Assembly: GCA_964188305.1 (NCBI GenBank)
Contig: OZ076890.1
DNA from: Podarcis bocagei
Taxonomy: Eukaryota
DNA length: 64,000 bases
Direction: 5' to 3' (one strand)
Shown: in pieces, positions 1-12,498 of the stretch
Layout of the letters: each line of letters starts with the position of its first letter
Position numbering within the stretch: position 1 is the first letter of the stretch
Notes under the pieces: generated by a model
Told to the model about the DNA's origin: nothing
Database searches by the model: none
What the model saw: the letters and a program-made list of their open reading frames with translations, nothing else
Position numbers and translations under genes: made by a program

Positions 1-1290
1 GCTTGTCCTCACCTGCTCACCATGTGTTTAGGAGGCCCCTGACCACTCCATCCCACCATGACTGGACAGCCTTAGATGTGATGAGACCTTCAGGGCCCAA
101 AGGTAGCCCCTAGCCCTGGTCAGCTGTGAGAGTTTGGTTGGATAACCATCCCTTTATCACTAAGGTGCATCAGGGTGCTCACCACAAGAGTATCTGTTTA
201 ACTCTCTCACTGAAGCGGACAGCTGTGCCAAGTTCATTAGTTTGCTGAATCAGGCAAATTGCTGCAGTTTCTCCCAAGAAACACTGTAAGCAGAGGGAAA
301 GGCACTCCCAGTTGTCAATTGTGAAATATAACCCCCAAAACTCCTACTGTGACTCTATATAGGCAGCAGGCTAATCCCAATTAGGCACATTCTAGGGGTG
401 GGAGTGAATGAGGCTACCCACAATCAATCTCCCATTGGCTGCTGTGTCTCACCAAGTGTGGCCACAGATGTACAAGTACAGACTCATTTAGACATTATTT
501 AGAGTTCCTGGAGTTTGGCACTTGTGATTGTACCATAAACACCCTTACTTATTGGGTATAGAGCCAGTACTATTAGTTTACAAATAAGGTTCTATTTCCA
601 GGGATATTAAGGCTTCCCATGCATCTCCTTAAGAGATTTGCTAATTCTTATTACAGTTGGTTATTTATAATCTCTCCACAGAACTTTAAAATACTGATGG
701 CATACCTCTGGTGTTTTTTTTAAAATAAATCCTGTCAAGAATGGTTGTGTACAGGAGACCCATGTCAGTTTACATTTGTCACAATGCCCTGAGTCTCCTG
801 GATAATGCTAACATTTTTTTGTTTAAGATACCAAGGAAACTCAGAGCAATTTGATTATTTATGTGCACAATATCATGACCACCGGCTAGTGGTAAGTGGT
901 GGAGGATTGTGGACAAAGAGAGAATGTGACAACCACATCAGAGCATAGCAAAGGAAGCATGCAGGAAGGACAGTAGCTGATTGCACTGCTGGGGACATTT
1001 TTCTTGACCGCTCCTTGGGAAGCCAAGGTAGCTCTGCCCAGTTTGGAGATGATTATTCACTTCCTTTTTATCTCTTGAGATTCATTTCCTCCCATACTCT
1101 TGCATGGAGATAGATGGACCTGATCTCTCTACTCCTCTCTGGTATGGATTCAGCAGGATTTTATTTCTGTTTTTGAAAAAGACATTAATGGTAACTTTGT
1201 GAGCAGGTGTAGCATAGAAACTAAGAACTGAGAACCAAAAAGTCATATGACATCAAATGCGGCTTTGCATTAAAATGTAAATGGCATCAG

Positions 1291-1294
<4 letters not shown>

Positions 1295-1357
<63 letters not shown>
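1295..1357. repeat. Compound microsatellite (CT)n(GT)n
   Basis: Directly visible dinucleotide runs. Confidence 0.97.
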
Positions 1358-1361
<4 letters not shown>

Positions 1362-1468
1362 AATGGGATCAGAGCAGGCATGGAGGGGGTGTTTAACCCT
1401 TTACCTGCCTGCTGTGGTCCTAAGGAAAATAAGTTCCTCTTCTGATGGTGCTATTTACTTTAGGAAGA

Positions 1469-1648
1469 AGGGCTATAACTCATTGGTAGAGTGGTAGAGC
1501 ATCTGCCTTGCATACAGGTGGTCCCATAGTCAGTCCTTGGCATCTTCAGGTAACTGGGAAAGACACCTAGTCTGAAATTGTGGAGAACTACAGGCAGTCA
1601 GTGTAGTCAATAGCGAGCTCTTGTCTGACTCACTATAAGGCAGTTTCC
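1469..1648 (+). mobile_element. Degraded tRNA-derived SINE with CR1-like tail (same family as 48702-48884 and 15313-15511)
   Basis: A-box-like head GGGCTATAACTCA..GTGGTAGAGCATCTGCCTTGCAT and tail TCTGACTCACTATAAGGCAGTTTCC are shared with the other copies in the window. Confidence 0.75.
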
Positions 1649-1833
1649 AGTGCCCTGATTTAACTAACAAAATGAAATTCAGCAAACAAATGTAAATGTC
1701 TGCATTCAGGCAATTATTCAGGTTGTTGTTGTTGTTGTTATTTCTATATCACTCTTCATCCAAGGTTCAAAGGGTGGAAAAGGATGAAAGGTTGAAGAAA
1801 CTATGCATGTTTAGAATAAAGGAAAGGCATAAT

Positions 1834-2330
1834 TTGTTGTTGTTGTTTGGTTGTTTAGTCGTGTCCGACTCTTCGTGACCCTATAGACCAGAGCACGCCA
1901 GGCACTCCTGTCTTCCACTGCCTCCCGCAGTTTGGTCAAACTCATGCTGGTAGCTTCAAGAACACTATCCAACCATCTCGGCCTCTGTCGTCCCCTTCTC
2001 CTTGTGCCCTCCATCTTTCCCAACATCATGGTCTTTTCCAGGGAGTCTTCTCTTCTCATGAGGTGGCCAAAGTATTGGAGCCTCAACTTCACGATCTGTC
2101 CTTCCAGTGAGCACTCAGGGCTGATTTCCTTAAGAATGGATACGTTTGATCTTCTTGCAGTCCATGGGACTCTCAAGAGTCTCCTCCAGCACCATAATTC
2201 AAAAGCATCAATTCTTCGGCGATCAGCCTTCTTGATGGTCCAGCTCTCACTTCCATACATCACTACTGGGAAAACCATGGCTTTAACTATACGGACCTTT
2301 GTTGGCAAGGTGATGTCTCTGCTTTTTAAG
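1834..2330 (-). mobile_element. BovB (RTE-clade) LINE, 5'-truncated, encoding the C-terminus of the ORF
   Basis: The translation LKSRDITLPTKVRIVKAMVFPVVMYGSESWTIKKADRRRIDAFELWCWRRLLRVPWTARRSN...GRQR..WLD...VTKSRTRL is the characteristic BovB C-terminus. It has a (CAA)n tail and a target-site duplication AAGGCATAAT at 1824-1833 and 2328-2337. Confidence 0.97.
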
Positions 2331-3579
2331 GCATAATAGTGCTCTTCAATAGTGCTCTTCAAATGCATGAAGGGCAATACAGTTATGTATGTATGTATGT
2401 AAGTTTAAAGCATGTTGTACCCCTCTCTTCAGTGTAAAGGGATCCCAGAGTGCCTTAAATGCGATCAATAAAAACAAGGCAGTCCCTGCCCGCAGGCTTA
2501 CCATCTGAAAAAAACACAATACGCAACGGAAAAGGGACAGGGAGAGAAGAGGGGACAGTTCTTAAGCAGTTGTTCTTATAAGGTGGCATAGTTCAGAGGT
2601 AGGAGGTGCCTGATAGCACTGGTCTTTTGGCAAAGTTGATTGAATGAACTCTGCTTCCCTATCTTTCCCACTGAAACAGTCTGTGGGAATGACTTACCAG
2701 GGGGTCTCCTGTTTCCTTCCGATCTCAGTGCTTTTAAGGAAGACCATGGAAGGATCAGAACTGGATATCTACTTTTTCTGTTTGGCGGCAGCAGCAGCAT
2801 CCAGGTTCAAGAGTGATTTGGGAACCATGGCTAGCTGGGAGATGGTTCCTGAATCAAGCACTTGTTCACTGCTGCCCCTGAGCTCAGAACTAGAAGGGTA
2901 GTTTTCAGCTGAACACTTGGAGAACCCTCTTAATGTCAAGAGCAGTTTGACCATGGAACCAATGACCTGGAGAGTTGGGGCCTTTTCTTGGCTCAAGGTC
3001 TTGAAGCCTTAGCTTTGGATTTCCTGCAAAGAGGAGGGGGATGAACTCCCTACATAGTTTACAAGACCCCCTCCATAACTTTATGATTACACAGTCCTTT
3101 GATTCTATCCTTTACATGAGAGCTAAAATGGACTCTCACTTTTTCTTTTCTAAAAACACACAGATAGTGATAATAAATAATCGAATGACAGCAGGAACTG
3201 AGGCTTTAAGCAAATTACTACCAGAATCACAAAATGTGCTAAACCTCTGTAAGAAATCAATGGGATTTATTTCTAGATAATATGTTTCGAATCAGGGGGC
3301 CAGAGCCGCACAGTATTCTTCAGGGCTTTTATTATGGTATATCTTCAACCACATTTACAAGTGCGGCTTTCTCATTTGCTATTTCCCCTAGTGCAATGAC
3401 TTCTAAGATGACTCCAATAGCTGTTTCTGTAATAACTATGCTATTCTATTCCATCTGTATATTGTATTTTCTGTTCCTTGTTAGAGGACCATGGACTGGA
3501 AAGGGAACCAACTGATCACCCACACCAACCTGAGACATAGTCCTATGCCTAAAGCATTCCTGTCAAATCCCTCTATGGC

Positions 3580-3710
3580 ACGGATAGGGAATCTGTGGCC
3601 CTTCAAACACTGTTGGATTACAATTCCCACTGCCCCCATTGGCCATGGTGGCTGAAGCTGATGGGAGTTAGAGGTTAAGAACATCTGATGAACCACAGGT
3701 TTACTACTGC
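3580..3710. mobile_element. Short hAT-type MITE (common lizard family)
   Basis: GGATAGGGAATCTGTGGCCC...TACAATTCCCA...TGATGGGAGTT...ACATCTG...CCACAGGTT. Related copies lie at about 27043-27150, 31128-31200, 51693-51824 and 52690-52815. Confidence 0.6.
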
Positions 3711-3784
3711 AGGCCTGTGACCTTCATCTGATATCTTCATTACTTGGTGACTTTCCACACTATTGAAACATGTTCTTTTAATGC

Positions 3785-3927
3785 ATGGAGGGGAAGGCCA
3801 GAATTATAGCAGCTGGCTTGTCCTTGATCTCCAAATGGTTGCCATAGGCCTCTGGATGGCCACCATAAGAACTGAATGCTGACCTAAATTGGTTTGATCC
3901 ACCAGGTCTTTTCTTCTGTTCTTCTGT
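3785..3927 (+). mobile_element. CR1 LINE 3' tail fragment
   Basis: CTGGATGGCCACCATAAGAACTGAATGCTG...TTTGATCCACCAGGTCTTTTCTTCTGTTCTT resembles the CR1 3' end with its TTCTTATG-type repeat. Confidence 0.55.
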
Positions 3928-4033
3928 CCCATGAATAGTGTGCATGGAGCTGTATGCATGCATCATTATAGACAAACATGCTATCATTAGAGAAATGTAT
4001 GTGTAGTCAGGAACCATTCATGATCAGGAGCCC

Positions 4034-4037
<4 letters not shown>

Positions 4038-4110
<73 letters not shown>
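4038..4110. repeat. Compound microsatellite (CT)n(CA)n
   Basis: Directly visible. Confidence 0.97.
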
Positions 4111-4111
<1 letters not shown>

Positions 4112-4480
4112 GTATGTTGCTAAATATATGGAGGTCAGAGGCAGGTTGAGCATGCACAATCCTATCTCCCTCCCACTTTACATTTGGTGAATGTGTTTTG
4201 AAGATGCGTGAAAGGAGCAAGTGATGATTTTAATGTGTGACTGGACCCTCTGAGCTATAGCTTTCACTTCACCCAAAACAAATGCCTTTCAATGCCAACT
4301 GTTCACACATTAAGCTGGCAGCCATCAAGTGTACCTCAAAACATCAAGGATAGAGAAGCCAAGAGAAGTGCATATATGTGTGAATCAGTCCCATTTTTTG
4401 AAAACCTCATGGAATGAGACTATATAGTCACCTTGAATAGCTTACTCCATAGATCAATTGTTCTTAAATTGTTTCATCTA

Positions 4481-4838
4481 CAGGCATACCTCAGAAATAT
4501 TGTGGGTTCAGTTCTAGACCACCGCAATAGAGCAAATATTGCAATAAAACGAGTCACACAACTTTTGTTTTGGTTTCCTAGTGCATATAAAAATTATGCT
4601 CACACAATACTGTATTTTATTATATTATACCAGGCCTCCCTGCCTGCAGGGGTGGGAGAAGAAAAACCTGGCTCCAAACCTAGCTAACTCCACTTATGTG
4701 GCCAGAAGAGGGCCAGCAGTGGTGAGGGCCTTCCTTTCCCTGGAAGTGGCCTACCTGCCTGCCGCTGCAACTGCCCTTGTAAGGAGCAATATCTGTGAAG
4801 TGAAATAAAGTGAAGCACAATAAAATAAGGTGTTTTCT
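4481..4838 (-). mobile_element. Tigger1-like (pogo/Tc1-mariner) non-autonomous element with an unrelated internal filler
   Basis: TA|CAGGCATACCTCAGAAATATTGTGGGTTCAGTTCTAGACCACCGCAATA...GAGTCACAC...TTTGGTTTCCTAGTGCATATAAAA matches one Tigger1 end as I recall it. GCAATATCTGTGAAGTGAAATAAAGTGAAGCACAATAAAATAAGGT matches the other end with CpG decay. Confidence 0.8.
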
Positions 4839-7621
4839 AATACTTCTTGCTTCTTGCCCTCAGAGGATTCAGTGAACAATCATCTTTCAAGTTTCTACCT
4901 TATCAAATATCAGAAGGGTATCAGCAAACACTAGATTCCTTTATTTCCTGGTGTGGAATTAATCCACACTTACTTCAAGCACAGAGGGATATAGAGAACA
5001 ATGTTTTTGAAAGGGGCATTCTAGTCAGCTATGATTTATATAGCTTTCTGTTGCTACTTGCAAGTGAGTCTGATTCTCTAGAGTTTTCTCTGTCCTTTGC
5101 TTAAGCTCGGACCATCTCATTGTGTCCATTTACAGTACAATGGCCAAGAGTCAGGGAAAACTGAGTCTCAACACATTATTTAAATGTGGGGTATGCTGCC
5201 ACCACTCCTCTGTTTGTTTCTGAGGTGATAGTCAAACAATCAAGGCACAAGTGATCCTTAACAATAACACTTTACAAAGGAAAACAGAATTAAGGGGAAA
5301 TATGTGCTAAAAAATTCAGATTTTTTCTCTCATAATAAATTAATTATCATATAACACTCAAATAGTAAATCTTTAATAAGTAGAAACCCTGACACTACAT
5401 TTCAATATGAGCTCAATGTGTTTCAACACAAAGTCTTCATCAGTGGCCTAATAAAAGCACCAGAAACCCCTAAACATAGTGAATCAATAGGCTTTGACTC
5501 ATGGATATAAAACTTTAGAGGAGGAAGGCAAAATAATTACTTCCACTCTCCATTGCAAACAGCTATCTCAGTACAAGCTTTCTAGCCTACAATATAACCC
5601 ACAACCTCCATATAAATTTATCTTCTTTACTCGAAGGCTCCGATGAGTATATGTGAAACCCTGGTATATTTATTTTTTACACATTTGTCTTACACACGCC
5701 CTGCTTATTTTTCAGGTGGAACACTAAGCAATGTAGATATGACACCTAATCCAGAATATTTTGTACTTCAGAAGATATTCCAGGGTATAAAATACATGTA
5801 AACAGTGAAGGCTATGAATGCAGCACACATGTATAAATTCACATACAAGTACACAAACACAAACCTTACCAGGCCACACAACTTGTGTCATCAGAAATTT
5901 TATTAAGTGTTTGACCATAACCAAATAAAATAATATTTACAATTTCCTTTACATAAAGGAAATAAACTCATTCTATAACTGAAAAAACCAGAGAAAAAGA
6001 AATACACTAAACTATAATCTAAGAAAAAGTGAATAAATCTCTAAATAAAACCTGGCTATCTTTCCAGCACATGAACCATAAATGTCACTGCGATTTAGAG
6101 AAAGAATGAAGAATGGAAAAATAAGGAAAAGGGGGGAAAAGAATAATAGCATCACAGATCGAACTCTGAAACATTCTGAACCAAAGAATACCTTTACTGA
6201 TACGTCACATTTATAACAACAGAAACTGATTACAAACTACTTCTCTTGTGTATTTTGCTGTGAAAACATGCAATTTATTCACATGCATTCAATTCATAAA
6301 TTGTGCTGCTCAAGTGCAGTTTGTTCTCAGGAATGGGTGCTTGCATACAAAAAGTGATGTATGTAGTCCACACCCTAATTAGTTTCTCTTTCACACACAA
6401 ATACAGCTTGGTTATCCCTCATGAGGGCTGCCTGGCATACAAATTTGTGCTTAGCTTAGTTTTCACTGTAGCTTTGCAATCCACCCTTATAAAATTAAAC
6501 TCTCCTACATGAAATGTTTCCAATCAGGAAAAAGAACAGAACAAACCAACCAGCAAACAAAACCCCCAGCTGTGTCAGCAATCTCCAGCCGTAGAAATGG
6601 CAAATGTGGTATATGTGTAAATAAATGGTCACCCTCCCAAAATGGTTGCACTGGCCATTTGCTGGTTCAGCCTGCTCACTCGGCACTCCCCTGTTTATCC
6701 GATCTAATGCAATAAAATGCGTAATTAATTTCTAAATGCTTCTGTTGAGCAGTGCAATTTGTCAAGTCGAGTTGTAATAGAATTAAGCTTTTTATCAGCG
6801 ATTAGCAAAAGAAGGTAAAAAAATTAATTACAGAATTGTATGCCTCCCTGCTTCAAAGCCAGGTTTGGGATTAAATGTTTGATAAAGGTTCCTTGGCACA
6901 TTATAAAACATTTAGCAAAATCCGCTCTCCCCCCCACACAACCCCAGCAATTTCTCAAAACTATCTTTGTACACATGCACAATGGGTGTAGCATAAGTAA
7001 TTGAACATTTGTACAAGTTGGTTCAAATTGGACCCAGCCTTCTTCCACATAACTAGAACATAGCAGTTTCCCTGTATTTAAAATGCATGGACTATCTTCC
7101 TAGTAGAGTATGTATATTTCAGCCATTTTGAAAACAGCTGTGCCACCAGTTGTATATTGCTTTTCTGTGAGGAAAGATCCACACCTAAAATGGAAGATAA
7201 ATGTAAGCTAACATGCTAGTTAGATGCTGAAAATGCAACTCCTAGTCTGCGTAAGATGAAACAGCTTTCATGCGAAAGAGAAATAACTTCAGATGTCACA
7301 CTTAAGGGTCATACTGGTTCACTGGAAAATTACCAAAACTTTGGACAAAATTGATAGTATATTTGTGCTTATGAAATGGGGCAAGAAGGAAAAAAAACAA
7401 GCCAAGACAAAGGCATTGGTGTCAGAGACAAGACTGAACATCAACAGACTGGAAAAACTTACACCTAGAGGGGAAATTAGCAATGATTATATACTGCTTA
7501 CTGAAACTAAGCATCTACAGGTGTTTACAAAAGACTTCACAAAAATGAACTGGTGAAATGAAATGAACTAAGCTCACAAAATTAGTTTGGGTTATTTAGC
7601 TAAACACCTTATTCCATAATA

Positions 7622-8012
7622 AGGAAGGCTGTGGAAGAAATTCAGTTTTGTTCACATTTTAATCTAACTCACTACTTCCAAAAACAATGTGTGCAGCTAT
7701 CCTTGGAAATTTGCACTTTCCTGAATATTGCAATGCAATTCTACACATCCACACCAAATACGTTTATTGCAAGAAAATGTGCATTGAAATCCATATATTG
7801 TGGGAAATGACATACAAAAATGCACATTGCTTGCAAAAATATGTATATACACAAACCTGCATGTAAAAACATGTATGTTAGAAGAAAAACACACTAAAGT
7901 GCTGATAAAATTTTGTTAGTGCTTTAAAAAATAATCACAAACTGATGCAGATATGTGGTGAACTGAATTTAAGGTTAGACAAATGAGAAACTGGCAGATT
8001 TGTCCATCCCTG
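7622..8012 (-). mobile_element. Old AT-rich non-autonomous DNA element (AGGGATGG...AATCTGTC family)
   Basis: The terminus GAGAAACTGGCAGATTTGTCCATCCCT is the reverse complement of the start of the 51014 copy. Internal TGCA/ATGCA-rich motifs are shared. Confidence 0.6.
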
Positions 8013-9569
8013 TTATTAGGTGAATTCCATTTTCCAACCTGGTTCCCAGATTTGTTTGAGGACATCAGACCCAGGCAACATGTCCACTTAGTCCATTTCC
8101 CCCCAGTTCTGCTACACTACCACTGAATGCTCTTGCTCAATACCTAACACCCTCACTAACCAGAGAAGAAATGGCAATCCCAACAGTCTGCTCCATCACT
8201 CCACAGTGTTACCATAACATCGTTGGCGAGCCTCCATTTGGATTCACATGTGTGTTGGCCAAACGAATGAGACGCAATGTGGGTAAATTCCTCTCTTTTC
8301 CTCTGACCATTGCCTTACCCATTTGATGAGTGTGACACTGTAACATGAGCCTATACTTCACAGATACCAGCCATGACAGTTTTGCGATCTCCTCTCTTAG
8401 TTATAGTTTTGAACTTCAAAGAGAATGGAAGTTAGTATGACTGAGAACTGTGAGCTGCTCGCTCACACACATCATGCTGCTTATGCATGGCGACCACTCA
8501 CCTAAATGAAAAAAGTGGCTCAAAGTAATTTGTGGACTTGCTCCAAGAATTTCCAGAATATTGATTGTACCCCCGCATCTGTTGTTAATGACTATCCTAC
8601 AAGCAGGGAAAGAAAGGATGAAAGTACAGCACTCCTTAATCAAAGACTGCTTATCCTATTAGCAAGATGAAACTACATAGGTTATCATACATTTATTAGC
8701 AGGATACCTGGAGGAAGTTGCTCTAGATCATTGTTCTTTATGGGAGGAAGAAACACTAATGAGAATTGCTCATGGGAATCGATTGCTTAATAGAGGCTCT
8801 CTCCTGAAGCTTCATCTCCACTCTACTGCACTGCCATGCTAAGGAGGATAGCAGAACAGATCTAGCAGGGCAATCAGTGGTATATTTAGTTCTGAAGATT
8901 ACACTAGCAATATTAACTGCAGCAGCCTAATACTAGGTAAGACCTAGTATTTTAGTGCTAACAACAGTAAGAATAATATTTAATAATTACACTTCGAATA
9001 GGTACCAACATCTTTTAAAGTCTAATTATTTGTTCATGACCCAGCAACAGCAAAGCACAGCTTGTTGCATTTAAACACATACTTTAAGCCTTTCTCAGTG
9101 AAATCAGTGGGATGCATAAAGGAGTTTGGTCCTTGGATTTTGTCCATTTGAAACACAATCCTGTGCATGCTACTCTGAAGAAGAAATTAGCATGAAGGTA
9201 TTCATGCTGATGTAGTAATAACAGTAATAATAATAACAGCAGCAGCAGCAGCAGCAAAATGTTATGTTCAGATCAGCCCATCCCAGAATACCGCTTACCT
9301 TAGCAGTGGGCAGCTTTGCAGGACAGAGCTAGCCCACAGCCACAACAGCCGGGGAATTGCAACCACAGGGAGATGCTCCTGGGTCTCCCTCTGGTTAGAT
9401 AGTTTTGAATTCAGCCTGCCTGCCAGATTGGACCAATGACTCACTCTGGGCTCACTCTGGAGGGTGGGCCTGACTGGGTCCACAGAGGACTCTACCCAAG
9501 TCCACCCCCAGGGGATAAAAACAGGCCCTGCCTCACACCTGGCACCGCAGTACCTTTTGGATGATGATG

Positions 9570-9790
9570 ATATCTATACCACACACATCTGGCTGGGTTT
9601 CCCCAGCCACTCTTGGTGGCTTCCAACAAATAGAACAACATAATAAAATGTCAAACATTAAAAACTTCCTGATACAGCCTTCATGTTGTTGTGCTTGGCC
9701 AAATTATAATTATTTTATTATTTATATGCCTCTCATTTGACTGGGTCGCCTCAGCCACTCAGGGTGGCTTCCAACAAAATATTAAAACAC
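9570..9790 (-). mobile_element. Two adjacent L2-type/SINE 3' tail fragments
   Basis: The motif CTGGG....CAGCCACTC..GGTGGCTTCCAACAAA occurs twice (about 9590-9630 and 9740-9780). Confidence 0.55.
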
Positions 9791-10634
9791 AAAAAAGCCT
9801 CATAATCACTTCTGCTTTCCTCCTAAGGCTCAGCAACCTGACTGTTCCCATCCCTTTCATACAACTGTTGCCCCTTGGTGTGGCTTCTTCTTACCCTTCA
9901 GCTAATGCTATCTGCAGTGATAGCTCCATCTCTGCAGGTTTTCTGATTGTGGACACTTCCCTGTCATCCCTGTTTTCTTCAGCGCAGATCAACAACATGT
10001 CTGAGCTAAAGCAATACCAAATTTAATGCCCAAAGGTCTGTTTCCGCTGCCCAAGTCTACTGCCCATTCTGAAGAAGGCAACGGCATTGAAGAACTCCAA
10101 TCACTAAAACATCCAGATGGAAACCAAATCAAATCCTAAAAACTGTATCAGCAGTTGCTTAACTGTAACCATTGTACAGTTGTGCACCCAAAGCACATTG
10201 CTGCAAGATGTTCAGACTATTCAGGCATTCTGCTCATGAGTAAAATCTACATGCAAAGAGGAAGAACTTTCCTAACATTCCAAAACTTGTGAGCATGTTC
10301 AGTCCTCATTGGTAAATTCTGTGCATTTGGTTTTCCCCAGGGATGCTGCTATCTCTCTGTTGTTTCACAGTGATCCTAGTTTTGGCTCTAGTTTTTGTCA
10401 GCACTTGCCATGCGAGTTCAGATACAAAGTTGGACCTGCTTGTAACTCTGAATATACAAATGATCACATATTTTGCCTAAGCATAACTAATATGTACAGG
10501 TATTAAAATATAGTCAACAAAATTGCATAGAGTTTTTTCCATCACACTTTTGTCTAATGCTCAGGCTAAATGCTTCCCTGAGATGCTATGTCTTCTCCTT
10601 TGAACCACCCTGGAAAATCTCTCTTTCCTTGCTG

Positions 10635-10870
10635 ATTACATCCTTCAAACACATCTAGGTAGTTATAATTCATGTCCCATCTTAAGTTACCATTTAGCCA
10701 ACCTAGACATATTTAGTTCCTTTAATCTTCTTCCCTAATAAGTCAATCCCCTGAGCCCTTTAATCATCCTTGTTGCTGTTCTCTGAATTCCCTCCAATTC
10801 ATCTACATCTGTCCACTGTGAAGGTACCCAGAAGGAAAAACAGTATTATAACTCTAGTTTTGCTAAAGCT
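10635..10870 (-). mobile_element. Ancient CR1 ORF2 fragment
   Basis: TTCCTTTAATCTTC...CCTTTAATCATCCTTGTTGCTGTTCTCTGAATTCCCTCCAATT reads on the minus strand as LEGIQRTATRMIKG-like CR1 sequence. Confidence 0.65.
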
Positions 10871-11129
10871 GCCTAGTGATATATGCTTCTCCTCTGACAT
10901 GAGCTTTTGCTGAGTCTCCACCTGACAACCTTGCTACTGGAATCCACTGGTGAACCTGTGTGATTCTCACATTACAACAGTTTTATCATACAGCAAACGT
11001 GCTATGCTCAGGGGAATTGCTCTTCAGGTGGGCAGTTGTAAAGAAACTCTTGGGCACTTGCAACTAAATGCTGGGACAGCCATTTAAAGCATCCAGTCAG
11101 TAAATCTGATAATGCTCCCTCAGAAATTT

Positions 11130-11390
11130 GGGATGGAGGTGGCCTGGGAAAGGGCATTCTCTGTGACAGCCCCCAAGTTGTAAAACTTCCTCCCCACAGA
11201 GGTGCACCTTCACATTTCAGTTTGCAGCAAATGCTAAAGACACACCTCTATGCCCTGGCCTTTGCCACCTGAGATGCATATTTTTAAGGCTCACCCTATT
11301 TATGTGACTATTATTTGTTTAAAAGTGTTTCTAATGTTAAGTTTTAAATTGTTGTTGCCTGCCATTTGGGAGAAGGATGGGTAATAAATC
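11130..11390 (+). mobile_element. L2 LINE 3' end fragment
   Basis: AGGGCATTCTCTGTGACAGCCCCCAAGTTG...CTCCCCACAGAG (RAFSV.AP.LWN.LP motif), followed by CTAAAGACACACCTCTA and an AT-rich tail. Confidence 0.65.
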
Positions 11391-11610
11391 AATGGCATGG
11401 AGAAGGAAGGTTGTGTCTAAATATCCCCAGTCAGTCACTACAGTGACCAGTGACCAGTTGTGCTTCCCACATAGTTGTGTATATTTCACCATGAATTTAT
11501 ATGTAGTTAACAGTCATCTGACTTACACATGTGCATGACCTAGCTTTCTTTTCTGCCTCCTTTTCTGTTCAGGCTGAAATACCTGTGCAAAGTGTACAAT
11601 GGAAAAGTTA

Positions 11611-11841
11611 CAGTGGTACCTCAGGTTACAGACGCTTCAGGTTACAGATGCTTCAGGTTACAGACCCCGCTAACCCAGAAATAGTACCTTGGGTTAAGAA
11701 CTTTGCTTCAGGATGAGAACAGAAATTGTGCGGCGGCAGCGGGAGGCCCCATTAGCTAAAGTGGTACCTCAGGTTAAGTACAGTTTCAGGTTAAGAACGG
11801 ACCTCCAGAATGAATTAAGTTCTTAACCCGAGGTACCACTG
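11611..11841 (+). mobile_element. Tc1/mariner-Tigger-type MITE, family CAGTGGTACCTC
   Basis: TIRs CAGTGGTACCTCAGGTTA / TAACCCGAGGTACCACTG with TA on both sides (11609-10, 11842-43). An inverted sister copy lies at 62750-62965. Confidence 0.92.
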
Positions 11842-11919
11842 TACTTTATAAAAACGAATGTAGGACAGTATTACCAGGTCACTTTAGGCTTCTTCAGAAA
11901 ATGTGAAACCTCTGTAATA

Positions 11920-12060
11920 GGATAGCTCAGTTGGTAGAGCATGTGGCTCTTAATCTCAGGGTCATGGGCTGAAGCCCCACAAAGGGAAAAACAAAAACAA
12001 ATCCTGCATTGCAGGGGGGTTGGACTAGATGACCCTCAGGGTCCCTTCTGACTCTATGAT
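11920..12060 (+). mobile_element. tRNA-Lys-derived SINE with CR1 tail (Squam2-like)
   Basis: The head GGATAGCTCAGTTGGTAGAGCATGTGGCTCTTAATCTCAGGGTC follows tRNA-Lys(CTT). The tail is CCTGCATTGCAGGGGGGTTGGACTAGATGACCCTCAGGGTCCCTTC. Confidence 0.85.
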
Positions 12061-12498
12061 AGGTGTCACACAAAGCAAGGACAAGGAGTGTTTGGAAGGC
12101 CCTTCTGGTTTTATTTGTGTTTCCCGTAATAGAAAACTAGCTTTTGTGTTTTCTGTAATTACGAAATCTCCTTCACAATTTCTATATTGTGGCTGTGTCC
12201 CTGAAGAATCAGTGAAACGCTCTCTTGAGTTCTGATTCACAAAGGATCATTTGGGACAAGTTATAGCATATGCTCTTGAAAGTCTGAAAGCAAAGTAATC
12301 ACAGGTTTATCCCCCCCCCAGCCCCCAAATGCTAATCTCTGAGTGAACTGCAAGCTGTTGTAGTGCGTAAGAACAGAAGGAACTGTATAAACAACTTGGG
12401 CCATGGTGGTGATATGTATTTTTGGGTTGAAGATGAAACAAATTTTGTAAGACATATACACATCAGTAGGCAAAAGTAAGCACAGAGGAGCAGAAATT

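Noticed and set aside
1932-2336. 134-aa plus-strand ORF
   Set aside because: It is the antisense shadow of the BovB frame.
3978-4220. ORFs with SLSL/HTHT and RERE runs
   Set aside because: They are translations of the (CT)n(CA)n microsatellite.
9895-10135. Minus-strand exon candidate (TTTTTAG acceptor, GG|GTAAGA donor); also donors near 5870 and 9299
   Set aside because: Weak polypyrimidine tract, no recognisable peptide, and no consistent exon chain.
11920-11990. tRNA-Lys gene (likewise tRNA-Ile at about 15590-15663)
   Set aside because: The acceptor stem and T arm are broken and each is fused to a CR1 tail. These are SINE heads, not tRNA genes.
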